From the NCBI GenBank assembly GCA_002633005.1, contig NMRA01000279.1:11233-75232 (forward strand): a DNA stretch of 64,000 nucleotides. Direction: 5' to 3'. This DNA comes from Phoronis australis. Lineage: Eukaryota; Animalia; Phoronida. Made by a program: the position numbers and the translations under genes. Every line of letters begins with the position of its first letter. The stretch's first letter is position 1. Of this stretch, positions 25,018-39,139 are shown one piece after another. Below the pieces are notes generated by a model. That model had not been told where the DNA came from. It ran no database searches and saw only the letters and a program-made list of their open reading frames with translations.

Positions 25018-27091
25018 GAAGATAGATTATCCTTGTTATCAATGAAACTCAAATTGGGTCATTAGACGTATGACCACTCAATACTGCTCTAAGCCCTGGG
25101 CAGTTTTATATGTCGGGTGACCCGGACAAACTATGAAGATAACGGTTAAGGTCAAGTGTTGGCTCGGGATTTTTGATCTGATCTAACTTCGCGAGCTTCA
25201 TGAAACTCATCGGAATGTACTTTGCCTGTAGTATGCGACGGGCTATGTGGCAGGGTAATGCAAGATGAGTGTTGAATTTTGTCGAATAATGTCCTGAATT
25301 ATGACTTAAATACAACTTTTAATAAAAAGACTCTGCAAGATGGTTATAGATAAAAACGCCATGTACAATATGAGAATGGTGAGTGGCCCATGCTTTCTGT
25401 CTCAAATTAAACCGAAATCGTTCTTACTAAAGATCAACGGTCTTAGCCTCCCTTCGTGGAATTTCTTAAAACCAAATTCGAGACCGAAATTGATCTAATC
25501 ATATAGAAGTGTAGCATGGAAAGTCAATTTCAATCACGCCCGCGTGGTAGTATTTGCATTCCGGGCTAATCCGGTGCTGTTTTTGCTATGGAATGTAGGT
25601 CTTGGGGTGGAAATTTTTTGAGTACAAAGATTAGATCTGTTATCACCGACAATTTCCACCGAACAAATTTCATCTGGACGGCTTTCCCTAGGATCAAAGA
25701 GAGCGAGGCGCCAGAGGCGGACGCAGTGGTGATTACCCCATTGCCCAGTGAGAGCTTGACTCCAGTAAGTGTAATTATCCGCCCATAAACTTTAGTAAAC
25801 ATCTCTGCCTGTACATACTGGCGAAGTTTCAAAATAAACATACTAAAAATTTTCGTTAACACTAAACATTACAGCAGTATTTAGCTGGAAAAAAACATAC
25901 TACGGTTTTCGATTTTAAATTTAGATGAACTAATAAGCTACAGCTACAAACATTGGTTACGGATTGAAGATAACGACCTTGCATATTGATATGCTCGGAA
26001 GATTTACGAACGCTGATCATAATTAACAATACCACAAGTTTTATTCTTTTAGTATACAATTAAACTACATTACGACAAACAACACGGTGACCAAGTTGGA
26101 TGTCGACAACTCTTAAGACGGCGCTTATCGCCCAGTCTTGTGGAACTACTTTATTCGAGGAGCAGCAGAAAAACTGATATCCGGTAATCAACTGGCGATG
26201 AAACCCGTGAAGACTAACTATGGCTAGCTTCGAAGTCAGTGAGATTATCCAAGCAGTAGATGAGGTGGGTCTGTGGGCGAGAGCTGACGATCAACATCTG
26301 CCACTGTTTTGGCACTTTTAAAACGTTTAAACTTAAAATCAAAGATAGCAATCCGACAGGAAACATAACAATTAAAGCAGAATGGAGTGACGAAAGCAGT
26401 ATGAAATATATTGACCAACGATAATTTGGTAGCTCTTGTCAAGATGACCAAAAGTTACCGCTTTTAGTTATTTTCTAATATATAAAACGTGATCCCACCC
26501 CTACTGTTGAGATTTCAGGCTGTACCTCTCTGCAAATATCAGAGAAAACCCCGTCGATGTCTTGCCATACCAAAGAGGGATACATGCCTTGCCGTGCATT
26601 TGACTGAAACCCATCATGCCTTGTGTTGCAATTAAAAGAAAGCAAACCATCTTCATTTCCTTGCTCTACTTTCTCCGCTTCTCCATTTTGGATCAGCAAG
26701 CCTGTCATGACTTGGGGACTTAACGTTCGTGACCGTGCTTATTGGAGACAACTTTGCAGAGGAGTGATGGCCAGAAATTCAGTATCTGTAACTTACTTAA
26801 AAATTATACGAAAGTGAAACTAACTTGAATTTTTGTTGCGCACTAACATGAAGGGAGCTCGGAATTGTTTGTTGAAGAATCGGCACATTAACACATACGA
26901 TCATTCTACAAATTTAGGTGCAGAAAACGGAATGCGATCTGTCCACAAACATGAATTGACCACAGCCTTTATCTGATGCCTTATTTTGCACCACAGATAC
27001 ATGATTGCCCCCAAACATTCCTTAAAGCAGTTAATACGTGCCAAGCGTAAGAAGTCGAGGGGCTTGGCTCACCATGTTATTGTGTTCAAGC

Positions 27092-29041
27092 TTATTTTTC
27101 GCTCTGTAGCCGCAAGCATACATATGTTTTGAGATTGGTCTGTTTGTCGCGTAAGCATGATAAAATTTCTTTTCCAAGGAATAGTGCGATATCCTCGCTG
27201 GCAAGGTTTGTGACGTAATCAACTGAGAAAAGCAATTTCCCGCGAAATGTTGTAGCATAGAACACCACGGAAACCCCGTAGTATAGAATGCCGGTAGAGC
27301 GCGCTAACCATGTCACCTCCACGTGCTTGTAGACTTGGTGTCTTTCATGTTAGAAAAAGCGTAATCGGACGCACATGTCGGATTTTCTTTCATTTCAGCC
27401 ATCTTTACGTGTCCGCCGCGCAGTTGATGAATTGTTGATATGTTGCGAGCCATGCTTTACGCCTTGAGTTTCTCGCGCAATAACTTGGACGTATCCTTGG
27501 CCGACTTCCAAAACGCATTTGAGGTATCAGACGAGGTCTCAAACAAAACTCTGATGACGTCCACATAGTAACCAAGAAGGTCAATTTTTTGGTGCAACGT
27601 CGGAGGTTGATGGCACGGCTCCCAGCAATGATCATCATTTCGTCGTCAGCTATTTTGTTTTGCGTCCACTGGTTATTAGTGTAGACGCGATGTAATGCAT
27701 TAACGGCCGTTAAAAGAGCCCCATGTACGGTAGTGCCCTCTGCCTTACATCTGGACACAAGTCTCTGCGTTTCTTCCTTATTCAAGTAGCCAAGGTCAAT
27801 GAATTTGGTTCTTACTGTTCATCGTGAGTTGCTGGAAAATAATGGAAATAGTCACAAAAATTTCACGTGGCTGTGGTTCTTTAGTACGAATTTGAAAGCT
27901 TTGTCGAACTTCATAACGGAACCGCAAAATGATTCATCTATCCGGGGGATATTCTTGACAATTCTTTCAAACAATATAGTGACTACGGTTGAACGATATG
28001 TCAGTCATTCTGATAGAGAACCGAAATATGTTCGAGTGAATCGCAAAAACATAGTGGTTCCAAAAACACCTAAAAGCTGTTGTATAGGAAAGATTGGCAC
28101 AAGACGTAGATGTCTGACCTGTTTTGAGCTGTGTTTCACTTCATTTATTTCAAGCAATGCCACAAGAGAAGCTGAAACCCATCCGCCCTGCTAAAAGGGA
28201 AGCTCTTGCACAATTCGTTGCCGCGAACTCCTTTTACTTTTTAGTGCGAGGTGGAACGCATTGTTCAGATGAGTGGAGATTGTAGAAAAGTTTATGTTAG
28301 GAAGAACTCTTCGGCCATGAACGTGTTGTCTATTTTATAAATAGCAGTTTTGCAACGTTAGAAAACAGTGTTAAGAACTAGTAATAAAACATGCGCAAAC
28401 ACAGCCTAAAAATGGGGAGGCACGAATTTTACTAAGACTCACGGGGTACGTTCAGAGCAATAAATTGTGCATTCGCCGAATTTTGGTAGTTCATGCCTTT
28501 TTAGTGGATTTTTTCTGATTTTCTACTTTTTGGAGCTTTTGTTTCTCTGAGACGGACTTTTCAGTCCACATCACCAAATGGGGGCCTAGTTCGAGCCCCA
28601 GCGAATCGCCCCTGGTGCACGCATGTAAAATAAAGGACGTCCAGTAGTGAAAGTCTGATCCATTCTACTCAATTCAGATTTGCCTGGCCATTTCGCCTGT
28701 TGTAGGCTTCTGACACAGGGACGTTATATGGTATATTTCTTGGACACCCCATCACAGCTTTGCTACTCGCCATTACATCTCTGTTGCACACCCAATCCGG
28801 ATGGCAGACGTTCTGTAGTAACTCACGGATACGTGACATGCAACACACCCGCAAGCAACCTCTGTGGGTGCCTCTCGAGAACCATAGTTACCTGGAAATA
28901 CACGTGACCAGAGGCCACTGACGCGGGCTAATGCCAGATCTTCCTTCAACGCGTCAACGACCTCTGACCACAAGTACTCTTTCTGCGGCAAAAGATCTTC
29001 GATAAGCGGGTGAATCTTGATCACTTCCTTTGTTTCAAACG
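27092..29041 (-). pseudogene. Acyltransferase copy 3 (pseudogene)
   Basis: Exon 1 is reduced to 28892-29041 by a ~560-bp deletion that removes the ATG and HxxxDG. Exon 2 (from 27831) has a frameshift at ~27590 and a deletion at ~27335. Both splice sites are retained. Confidence 0.88.
28390..28625 (+). mobile_element. MITE with CATGCGCA...TGCACGCATG termini
   Basis: TIRs, with TAAAA on both flanks. Relatives lie at ~24014-24225, ~31879-32107, 53676-53943 and ~54324-54610. Confidence 0.7.
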
Positions 29042-29549
29042 CCCTGGACAGTTTTTATATGCCCACTGACATGGCACATACTATAAAGATGACAATTAAG
29101 GTCAGCAGTTCGTCGAGGATTTTAGTAATCCGGCTGGCGGCACAAGCTTCATGAAATCGACTTTGCCTGTAGTATGCGACAGACTATGCAGCAGAGTGAA
29201 ATAAGATGTAGGTTGTCGAATAATGTCCTGAATTATGACTTCAGTACAAATTTTAATAAAAAACAAGACTCTGCAAGATGGTTATAGGCAAAAACGCCAT
29301 GCGCAATGTGAGAATGGTGAGTGGCCCATATTTATTTGTCTTAACTTAAGCCGAAATCGAGCTAATTTAATCCGCTTGACGGACCATAATTAAAATTGAC
29401 CTATCGCAAGCTCCTTCCCTTGAGCAATGTCGACAAACAAACAATAAGTTTTGCCCGACAACGTGTTGTTTGTCGGGTAAAATGGTGGCTTGGAAACGAA
29501 GGTGTGTCAAGAATTCCGCGTTCTGATTGGTCAGTTTGGCACCACTAGT

Positions 29550-30214
29550 GACAATTTTTGCGCCTCCTTTGCTGTATGTCCTTTACCCTTTGCAAGATCT
29601 ATCTAAATTTAGCAGATGTGTTCCCAAGTAGTTGGCCAGAGATGACGGAGAGTTTCAGACCAATCCAACTACAGCTGTGCTCCCTAGGGGCAGTTTTATT
29701 TTTGCGTTTGCCTCTCTAACGTCAGAGTTCCTTGATGAAATTTTACAAACAAGTTTCTGTTATGAAGAAGACAACACCTTTCTTTTTTGTGATGGATTCG
29801 ACGATAACGACAAGAGCATGCTGACGTGGACTTTCAAACGGCTCCAACTACTTTGGTGCCCCTTGTGACATTTTTTGCATCCGCAGCTGTATCTCTTAAA
29901 CCCCTTGCAAGATGTTCTTGAAATTTTGCTATTGTAATCCTATCAATTTGACAGCAGATGGACGGATTCTATTACCGCTGTGGTTCCTAATGGCAGCTTC
30001 ATGAGTTTGCCTTTGTATTTTTGGAGGTCTTTGACGGATTTCCATGAAATTTGGAAAATAGTTTTGAGAGGCGACGACACCTTCCCATTTTTCGATGGGT
30101 TCAATGTATTCCGTGCCGTCTAATGGTCATTTTGATGACAGATATGAACACCCTAAAAGCACACCGTTTGCGGTGCAGTCGTCGGTGCATGTCAACGCTC
30201 CACGTTACTTTCGT
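29550..30214 (+). mobile_element. HINE copy, 5'-truncated and diverged
   Basis: The 3' end CCCTAAAAGCACACCGTTTGC...GGTGCATGTCAACGCTCCACGTT matches 15771-15827, and the ~150-bp internal repeats are the same type. Confidence 0.7.
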
Positions 30215-30827
30215 TTTACAAATTAAACTTTTCACTTTTTCATTTTATTCATACTATAGATAACTATTGCTTAGAAGTCTGGGCAACAGGTAAATATTAC
30301 ACAAGAGAGGTATTATTGAAACAATACAAAACACTAGACTAATGACATATGCATGTATCTATTCACGCGCATTTAGCTACAAAAATAACGAATAGTATAG
30401 TTACTGTAGTTTTTGGAAGGTTACGTAGGCCTAAATACATCTGACACTTCTTTCTCTAAAATACTGCGACACGATCTTAACACCCAAAAATGTCTTGTTG
30501 ATAAACTCCTGACGTGTAGTTTGATGGGGGTGCCGAAAGTCGTTATAAGACTGGCAAGACTCTTACCGACATGCAGCCAGGACCACATGTCGGTGCGTGA
30601 AGAGAGATTATTGTAATGGACGGGTTTGTAGGTTGACTAATTTTGTCGAGAAATCACTGATTGTCTGGACCGTATCTCAAGCGTCTCGCTTGATGATTCC
30701 ATTGTGAACAAAAAATGGCAAACTGAAACTGAAGGAATGTAATTACGCTTGATTTGATAACTGCAACACTCTATCAAAACTCAATGGAGCACACAGCCGG
30801 AAATTCATCGAGCACACATTCATGGTG

Positions 30828-31189
30828 GGCCAGGTGCGACATCTAGGCCTATCTATTACAGTAGCAATTCGTGCTTCATTCCAGTCATAATTCTTTAGCC
30901 AATCAAAACCCAGGAAAAATTCCAGTAATAAATGTGCATCACTGGAATAAATATATTTACATTCATAAATATTTATTATTGTAATTATTCTTGGCATCTG
31001 ATTGGTTGATTTACTCCGCTAATAAATATCTATTGCTGGAATAAATATTTATTACTGGAATAAATATTAATTACAGTAATAAGTATTTGCTGCAGAAATT
31101 ATTCTTGGCTTCTGATTGGCGAAAAAAATATTACTGGAATAAATCGAGAATTATTACTGTAATAAATAGGACTTATGTCGCACATGGCC
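30828..31189. mobile_element. Foldback-type MITE with ~100-bp imperfect TIRs
   Basis: The left end GGCCAGGTGCGACAT...TATTACAGTA...GCCAATCA matches the reverse complement of the right end, GGCCATGTGCGACAT...TATTACAGTA...GCCAATCA. The interior is made of TTACTGGAATAAAT-type repeats. Confidence 0.75.
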
Positions 31190-34003
31190 TGCCATACGCG
31201 GCTAGTCCCGTCATATCTCGGGGTAGCAAGCTCTAACAGTAGAATGCATGGGTCACACGCGAGAGTTGGCATTCCAAGCCGGTTAAGACTGAGAGTGAGC
31301 CAGCTGCCATGGAGTAAGCTTCAAATTGGAGTACATTTTGGTCCCTTCTAATTGTTGATGAACAAATTTCGTTGTAATTTTTTTCAAAATCTAATGTCCC
31401 TAAATGTGCCAAATTGAAGATCTCTGCTTTTGATTCGAGAACCGGCAAAGCACCTTAGACTCGGAGACAATGTAGTGAGACCGTATACGTGAAATGCCAT
31501 ATCAGGGTTTCCTCTCATAAACGAGGTCCAAATTGTGACCAAAGCGTTGTAAATAAATCCTCATTTTTCTTGGGACCGTATTTCACACGCCGCATCGCAT
31601 AGTTCAGTGAATCTGCAACGTGTAACGAAAATGTAGCTCTATGCTCTATCATGTCCAAACACGTAATACGTCAAGAAATGTATAATTTCCGACAAGGTTC
31701 GAATGGATTCGTTAAAAGCAGCAGGTTTGGTTTTCCTAAGAATTGTCAACGTCGAAATGTTCGTGATCCTTACATCGACAGTGGACTACTCCGGAATATG
31801 GTATCTTGCTTTAATATGGTTCTGTCACTAGCAAACGCAATACGACAAGGGACATTGAAACGCAATTAGAGGCAAAGTCATGCGCGCACCCAGCCTTCAA
31901 TATGGGGCTCGAATTCTTGCCGTTGTAAACCTTTTGGTAACAAAAAGGCAGGCGGACTAAAAAATATAAAAAAAACGGGGCACCACTGTGAATTGCGCGT
32001 TTGTGCTTGTTTAGGGGTCTTCTGACTCATTTTCTCATCAGACTTTTGTTTCTCAGAGGCGGACCGTTTTGCCCATTTTTCCAAATGAGGGCTCATGGGA
32101 GCCCCCCNGAAACCAGGTTACTTTCTTCAACGTAACAGTACTCCCATTAACTGCAGTAGTCATTTACAGGGTACCTGCATTTTGACAAAAAGCTTTCTTC
32201 ACTGAATAATGAGCATCTGACTGAATATGGTCATGACGTCAATCTGTAATTTACATTAAATACCCGCTAGTGTCGACTCGTTATCCAGTAAGTTCTGTTT
32301 AGGTAGCCTAGCAGTTCAATTCCATATCTTTTGTATGTGTAGCCGTCACAGGTCTCATCAGGTGAATATAATTGAAAGTGGACTGCTTTCGGTTTCAGTC
32401 AAGCGGCTGAAATCAATTTAATTTTGACGTGCGTAAACACAGTTATGATTCGAACACTGATTTCGGTTACTTTTTATGTTCTACATATTTGTGGAATAAT
32501 TCATTCTTAAAAATGTGTAGTTTTTCAAAAAAAAAACAAATATTTATTACATTTTATGACCCTGCCCGCAACGCTTGGTTAACTCTGTCATGATTATCGC
32601 TGACCGAAATAAGTGTAGACGCCACCATTTTAGCGTTACGCATGATAGTGGCCGGCGTAGCTGGAACTCGCCAGTACATTGGTTGGTGTGGAAGTCAGTG
32701 TAAAAGACAAATTCGTGACCAATGGTTCTCAAAATCCGGGATGATTGACGAAGGTTTACGGAGAATCGTTTCGATTCAAAGATTTCAGGGTGAAATCCGT
32801 GTTTTTATTTATTTTTAGATAAGCTGAATGCAGAATTGACTTACTCATCATGCCGCGCAGGTCACGTGTCCTGGTCCCGCGCCTTCAAGGCCCCTCACAA
32901 TCACTAAAGTTATGCAAATACAACGTTTATATGCACAAAAGTAAAAATCAAATAAATTGATCCAATGCTAATGGACAGTTTGTTTGAAAGTTTTACAAAA
33001 AAATTCTAAAATTCCTTTTGGATTTTGATCTCTTGCAGTGGTTTTTCTGAATTATAGTTTGCCGTCCAAATACTACCTAATAATATATTTCCATTACTTA
33101 TGCAAATTAAGGTACAAATGAGAAAAAATTCGTCACAAGTTCAGCAAAATCTTGGCACTGTCACCTACCTACAATGTGCATGGAGCACTAGCGGTGGAAG
33201 TTGAAGTATTTGACAGAGTGTGTAATTTGTAATAAGTTGGCAGCCGATTTAGCGTCCTTTTTGGTTGAAATGCCGTTTTCCGTACGTGTGAACAGTCACC
33301 GCAGCGTCCTGCAAGGCTAGCACACAGACAACTTCACCATGTGCTGGTGTTGCCTACAGCTCAGTACCTATAAGTAGCTTTGCATCTTCCGGCAGCGTTT
33401 TAGCCTCGTCATACTGTCGAAGATACTTACTCCCCAGCCTCCGTGCACCTCGGTTCAAACAAATAGAATGATTTCACTGTCTGTAATTTTCCCGTCTCTG
33501 AGTCTCAAATTGTGGTAGCCGACACCATCTATTCCACTCCCACTTCAGGTCAAACCCCAGTAATGAGTTCCAGTGCTAGTTAGGATAGTTCGTGAATACT
33601 CGTCGAAGGCAAATGATTACAGAATTTTTTGACAATAGTTTACATTAGATATTCACAATGAAAAGTAGCCCAAACAAAGATGGCGGGCAATGATCTTGGA
33701 GAGACAACATGCATACTTAATTAGAGTCTAGGGAAATTTGATTGACTTCAATAAGGATTACATCATAATAAAAATGGCTTCTCCCTTTTAAGAAACAAGA
33801 TGATGGTTAGCAGAAAACTATCAGTAACCTTACGATTGAACAGTACTTGTTCTAGATCACTGACGTGATTGAGTAAATTTCCCATCAATGCTTTTTTGAA
33901 TCGTGATTCCTCTTACGTGAAACCTTCTTGGGCGGACTTGCGAGGAAATTTCGAAAAAATAAATGCTGACTTATGTAAAAGAAATATGTCACATGGTCGG
34001 TCG

Positions 34004-34622
34004 TTTTATGCGCCCACATACTTATATGAGGCCGCATTACGCATCCCGTCATCCCTGTCCGGTCCGTCACCAAAACGCTAGTGGATTTACGTTCATGAGG
34101 CGATGACACCTTTTCGTTTTCAGATGGATTTCACATAGTGTACGCATCCCAGTGGCCGTTTTTATGATTTTTGAGTATAGTTTTCGGCAACTGTCCTCTA
34201 TCGCCCAAACCACTGACTCTGAGAGTAGTTAGGCCTATGTAAATTGATATGTGCGTGCCTACTGAAAATGGAGTGGCTGACAATATTTTGTACAGTTTCA
34301 ACTACTGTGGCGCCTCTACAGGCAGTTTTGCTGTGTTTTTTCGCATCTGCGGCTGATTCTCAAGTGTATTTCGGATGATGACGACTTTTGGACGCATCTG
34401 ATTACCACTGAGTTTGCCTCCTAATGGCAGTTTCAGCTTTTCACGATTTTGGCAGGTGCGATCCTATTGAGGAAAGCATTGCTGACTTGTTATGCTCCCC
34501 CTAGAGGCCGTTTCAAGTTTACCAACAGTGGTCCTGTTAGTAGCGATCACTTCTGTCTGCGCTACATGCGATGCACACGGTGGGCATGTATTAACGCCCG
34601 TGTTGCCTCGCTATTGATTTTG
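34004..34622 (+). mobile_element. HINE copy, diverged
   Basis: Starts TTTTATGCGCCCACATA...GCATTA...GTCCGGTCCGTC like the 15040 copy. Has internal repeats and a degenerate 3' subTIR GGTGGGCAT near 34580. Confidence 0.7.
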
Positions 34623-36619
34623 TTACAATAACATATAATGTATATATTTAAAGGTAGTGTAAATCTTGGAATCTTTATGCAGATCAAGTGAAAAAAGAAA
34701 TGTGATATTGTTTTCCTCAGAAGAAGTCGTATAAATATGCTATTCAAGAGGCGAGTCTGGTAAATTTGGTGCAAATGGAATACCGCGGTCGGTAATATGC
34801 TGCATAATCACGTACGTATGGAATGTTCAGGACATGGTCGTTGCGTTCGTTGTTGACGTAACTTTTGTATGAATGGAGTGTGGATGGCATTAAACAGAAA
34901 ATCCTTGATCTTGATCCCCCCCCCCAACCCCGATACTGCATCGTTATATGTCCGTGGTAATACTTTTAACGATATCGCAAATCTTATTCACAAAAATTGT
35001 CCGTTTTTACAATATGTCACTCATATGTAGCAACAATACATTACCTTCATTCTGGGGGAGCTTCAAATACCAAATATATAGGTAGGGAGAAATAAAAGAT
35101 TTAGTACAATCACCTTCTACAGTGTGGAAATTTAATTATTACTTATCAGAGGTCAAAGGTTACAGGGATGTCACTCGAATCGAATCTCCCGGCGCACAGA
35201 ACAATTCCGTATGTACCCTCAGTCTTTTCATTCATCGAGTCGTCAAAATACTGAGTCAACGACGTTTGCGTAACATATAAGGATGCCGCGGAAAACGAAG
35301 ATATCACGTGGTTTTTATCCTGTGGGTCTGCATGCATACGACCGTTGAGAACGAATGCACATGTGCTAATGTTTTATTTGTTTGTGAACCTTATCGACTT
35401 TATTTTGTTGTTGTTGTTAGTATGTAATGCAGCGAGTAGTCCGAGCCGCTGCACCGCCTCTGTGATTTTGTGTTCACTGACGCGGCAGCAAGTTCTTAAA
35501 AAGATAAATCCTCAGTCACCGAGATTCATTAAAGATGCTATATTTTATTAAGTTGTGAATATGCAAATGAAGTACTAGTTTGCAAACAACCCCGAGTCTT
35601 CCGATGTGCCGGAAACAATCCGAGTACCAGTTACTATTACAATCTCGTGAAAGTCTCATTTTGTGAGACTATTTTTATGTAAATGAGCAGTGGCGGATTT
35701 AGGTGGGGGGCAAGAGGGCTATGCCCCCCCCACCCTAAAATTCTTCCAGATTCCATTTGGCAGTTTGGGGGTGCGAATGTCTGACGGACAAAATCCTGGC
35801 TATTTGTTCATTTCACTATCAAATAACAATTGCGTAATATTTGAAATTAATAGGGAGTTTAGCGTGTTCGCACTTGTTTTTAAGTGTATCAGTTGTGGTG
35901 TTTCTGTAAAAGCACAATTTATTTACAAATTGTTTCTTTTGCTGAAAGTGATAATTACTTTACGCCGCAAATAATTACTTTACATCTTAATCGTTTGCGT
36001 CGTAAAGTAACTATTTGCGGCGTTAATAGTTATTTTACGCGCAAATAATTTACGCCTCTAACAAGGATTTATTTACGCACGAAATTTACGTGCGTAACGT
36101 TTCCCATTTGGCCAACTACAGTAAACCTATGGATTCGTTTTTAAGAAGGCAAACGTCAAATCTCAAGATGTTGAGACCGTTTCAAATAGTTCTAAGCCTA
36201 CATGTTCCAATTAGGGCCGTTGTCACTAACGCCAAACAGAAAATGAACGGCACGAATTCATCTTCTATACAAACTAACTCTCGCTCGTCTGAAAAAGTTC
36301 GGCAAAACCGTGCATTGATGAGTTAGTTGTCCCCGTAAAAGCAGACGACAAAATTCATTGACGCGGTTATAGCAAAAGCGAAATTGAAGACCGCTACCAT
36401 CTTACGAAGAATCACTTCTAGCATGGCTCGAACTTGGTGTTTGGTAGTAGTTTCAGCTGTGGGTTTAACCTCAGCGAGGTTTTCTCGACTGGACTTCTCT
36501 CCCCCTGCTACGGAAACAGCCTTTGATAATCAATTTATATAAAGTTATCCACGAAATTAATAATACATCAAATTAAGCTATTATCAATAAGTATAGAAGC
36601 GATACGTCTTCTACCATGA

Positions 36620-37160
36620 ATATACAACTCGGAACTACTCGTGAATATATAATTCCACATTCAATATCCGCAATCTTTTAGGAAACCCCCAATTATTGCC
36701 GGTTTGCTTTTATGGAATAGTTTACCACAGAAGCTTAAAGTAGCCCAATCAATGTCAAGTTTAAACAAACGTGTAACAGTCTCACATCTCTTCCTACTAC
36801 AAAATTATGTTTATTGCGTGAAAAAAAGAAATTCTTGTTAACCAATGAGCGGGGTTGTGTCTCAATTCACAGAAGTTCTGTAAAATCTTTGTCAATGTTT
36901 CAAATAAATGTACCTGTGGTGCAATTAATGGTGGTGCTCACTACTTGCTCTCATGCCCCGTCTACAATGCTGAGCGTGAACAGCTCTTTCGCAACCTCCA
37001 ACCCAACGATCATATCTGGTTACATTTTCAAAATCTTAGTAATAGGCATGTAAAAACAAGTTTTCTATTATTTAGTTGTCACAACTTGAGTCACGACTAA
37101 AATCTTAGTGATTATTTTGTTGAATGTCCTAATAGGGAACTGCGTTAACATCTGACGCTG
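36620..37160 (+). mobile_element. Decayed 3' end of a CR1/L2-group LINE ORF2
   Basis: Fragments translate to LWNSLPQKLKVAQSMSSLNKRV (~36710-36775) and CLNSQKF...KCTCG...HYLLSCPVYNAEREQLF (36858-36990), with frameshifts between them. Confidence 0.7.
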
Positions 37161-38423
37161 GGCTTTTTGTTATGTGTTTGTGTATTACGGGGGTATTCTC
37201 ATGTTTCCATTATTACCGTATAATCTTGCTCTTGTTTTTTGTTTTCTTTACTTTTGGTGTTTTTGCTTAATATTATGTTTCACTTAAGTAAGTCATTGTT
37301 TTATAGTTAAAAACCTGGACATAATCGTTCGCTTTTTAGTGAATGTTTGTATTTTAATGTATTGTTATGTATTCGAGTAGCAATAAAAATGAAAATAAAA
37401 GCAAATATTGTTTGGCGCACAGTCCGTCGTTGGATACTATATTTAGCCGATACTGAGCTTTGTTTTGGTAAAGAAACGCGAAACTTTTGTTTACAAAATG
37501 ATATTGAGCCAAGTGTGTTTTGAGCATGCTGCTTCCGCGTGTCATAAAAAAGCATCGTGTGTAACTTTTCCTCCAAGCGTTGAAAACTCCGGAGTGTGGG
37601 ATTTCGCGGTAGTTCCTCGAGAGAAACAGAAAGATGTTGTCTTCAATAATTTTCAGAGTTGTTGATTGTGCAAAGCAAGGTATTACATTTCTTGCCGCGA
37701 ACGAGAGCAGAGTATTTGCAGCAACATTTCACGATTTATTAAGAGGGTAACTAATATAATCCTACGGGTAATTTACTTCCTTTTTACGGAGTCGGATGGT
37801 AACGGATTCATCGAAGCTTTTCGTGTGATGATATTACGTACAAGTAAACCTTGCGCGCACCCAGGGGGCTCGGGTGGCGTCCTCTGGCGCACAAACTTGT
37901 TGAAGCTTTTCCCGTTATCATGCAGTAGGGCCTGAATGCCGTTTAAAGAACGAAACGATACGATCCGATATTTGACTTAAGTAAGCGATTTTCTGACCAT
38001 ATTTGTCAAGATATTTGTGTGGTTGAAGAAAAGAACAACTACTATGTATTTGAATAATTAAACGACAAAATCGAATTAAATTTGTTCTTATTTCACAAAC
38101 ATTTGACAGTAGTAGACTGACAGTGGTTTTAGTTTTAATCAACTGTTTTTTTTTTGGTTTATAACTAGATAGCATTTGATTGACACGAACCGTCAGGTCA
38201 CGCCAATGATAAAGTATTTTGTTTGCAATAGAATAATTGAATGGGTTTATATATATAAAATATGCTAAGTTGTTGTTGTGCTGAAACATTAAAATGGTCA
38301 TGCTTTGAAATCATGCGTTTCCTCGTTTACGTATGCTGAATTTACATTTAAAAAGTGTATACTGTATACCTTTTTGCATGATTTTGCCCACGAAATTTGA
38401 ACTCTGCTCTACACTATCATTAC

Positions 38424-39139
38424 TTAGATCAAGTTGTCTCGCAAGCATGACAAAATTTCTTTGCCGACAAAACGCGACATCTCCTCGTTAGCAAGGTTTG
38501 TGACGTAATCAACTGAGAAAAGAAATTTCCCGCGGAATGTTGTAGCATTAAACGCCAAGGGAAACCCATAATAGTGGATGCTAGTAGAACGCGCTAACCA
38601 TGTCACCTCCACGTGCTTGTAGACACCAGGGAACATTGATTTGACATCTCTCATGTTGGAAACACCGTAATCGAAGAAACATTTGGGATTTTCTTTCATT
38701 TCAGCCACTTGCTCGCCTCCATCGTGCAGTTGATGAATTGTTAAAAGGTTTCGAGCCATGTTTTCCGCATTGAGTTTCTCGCGCAACAACTTGGAGGTAT
38801 GCTTGGCCGACTTCCAAAAAGCGTTTGAGGTATCAGACGAGGTCTCAAACAAAATGGCGGAGCCGCTCATATGAAAACCAAGAACGTCAGTTGTCTCGTA
38901 GCAACGCCGCAAGCTGACGGCACTCGCAGAAACCAGCGTCATCTTGTCGTCTGCTATGTTGTTTTGCGTCCACTGGTTCTTAGTGTACACACGATGTAAC
39001 ACGATATTAACGGCTGTTAAAAGAGCCGCGTGTACGGTAGTGCCCTCTGCCTTACATCTTGCCAATAGTTTCTCCGTTTCTTCCTTGCTCAAGTAGCCAA
39101 GATCGGCGAATTTTGTTCTTGCCGGTTCATCGCGAGCTG
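38424..39139 (-). CDS. Condensation-domain / alcohol acyltransferase-like protein, copy 4, exon 2
   Basis: Acceptor TTTTCCAG|CA at 39140/39139 (phase 1), open to TAA at 38424. Confidence 0.88.

Larger units (their letters stand above)
22001..29359. repeat. Tandem segmental duplication carrying acyltransferase copies 2 and 3 (~22001-25420 vs ~26595-29359)
   Basis: Collinear similarity in the 3' flank, exon 2, the intron (long near-identical blocks such as 23710-24150 vs 28030-28510) and the 5' flank. Confidence 0.9.
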
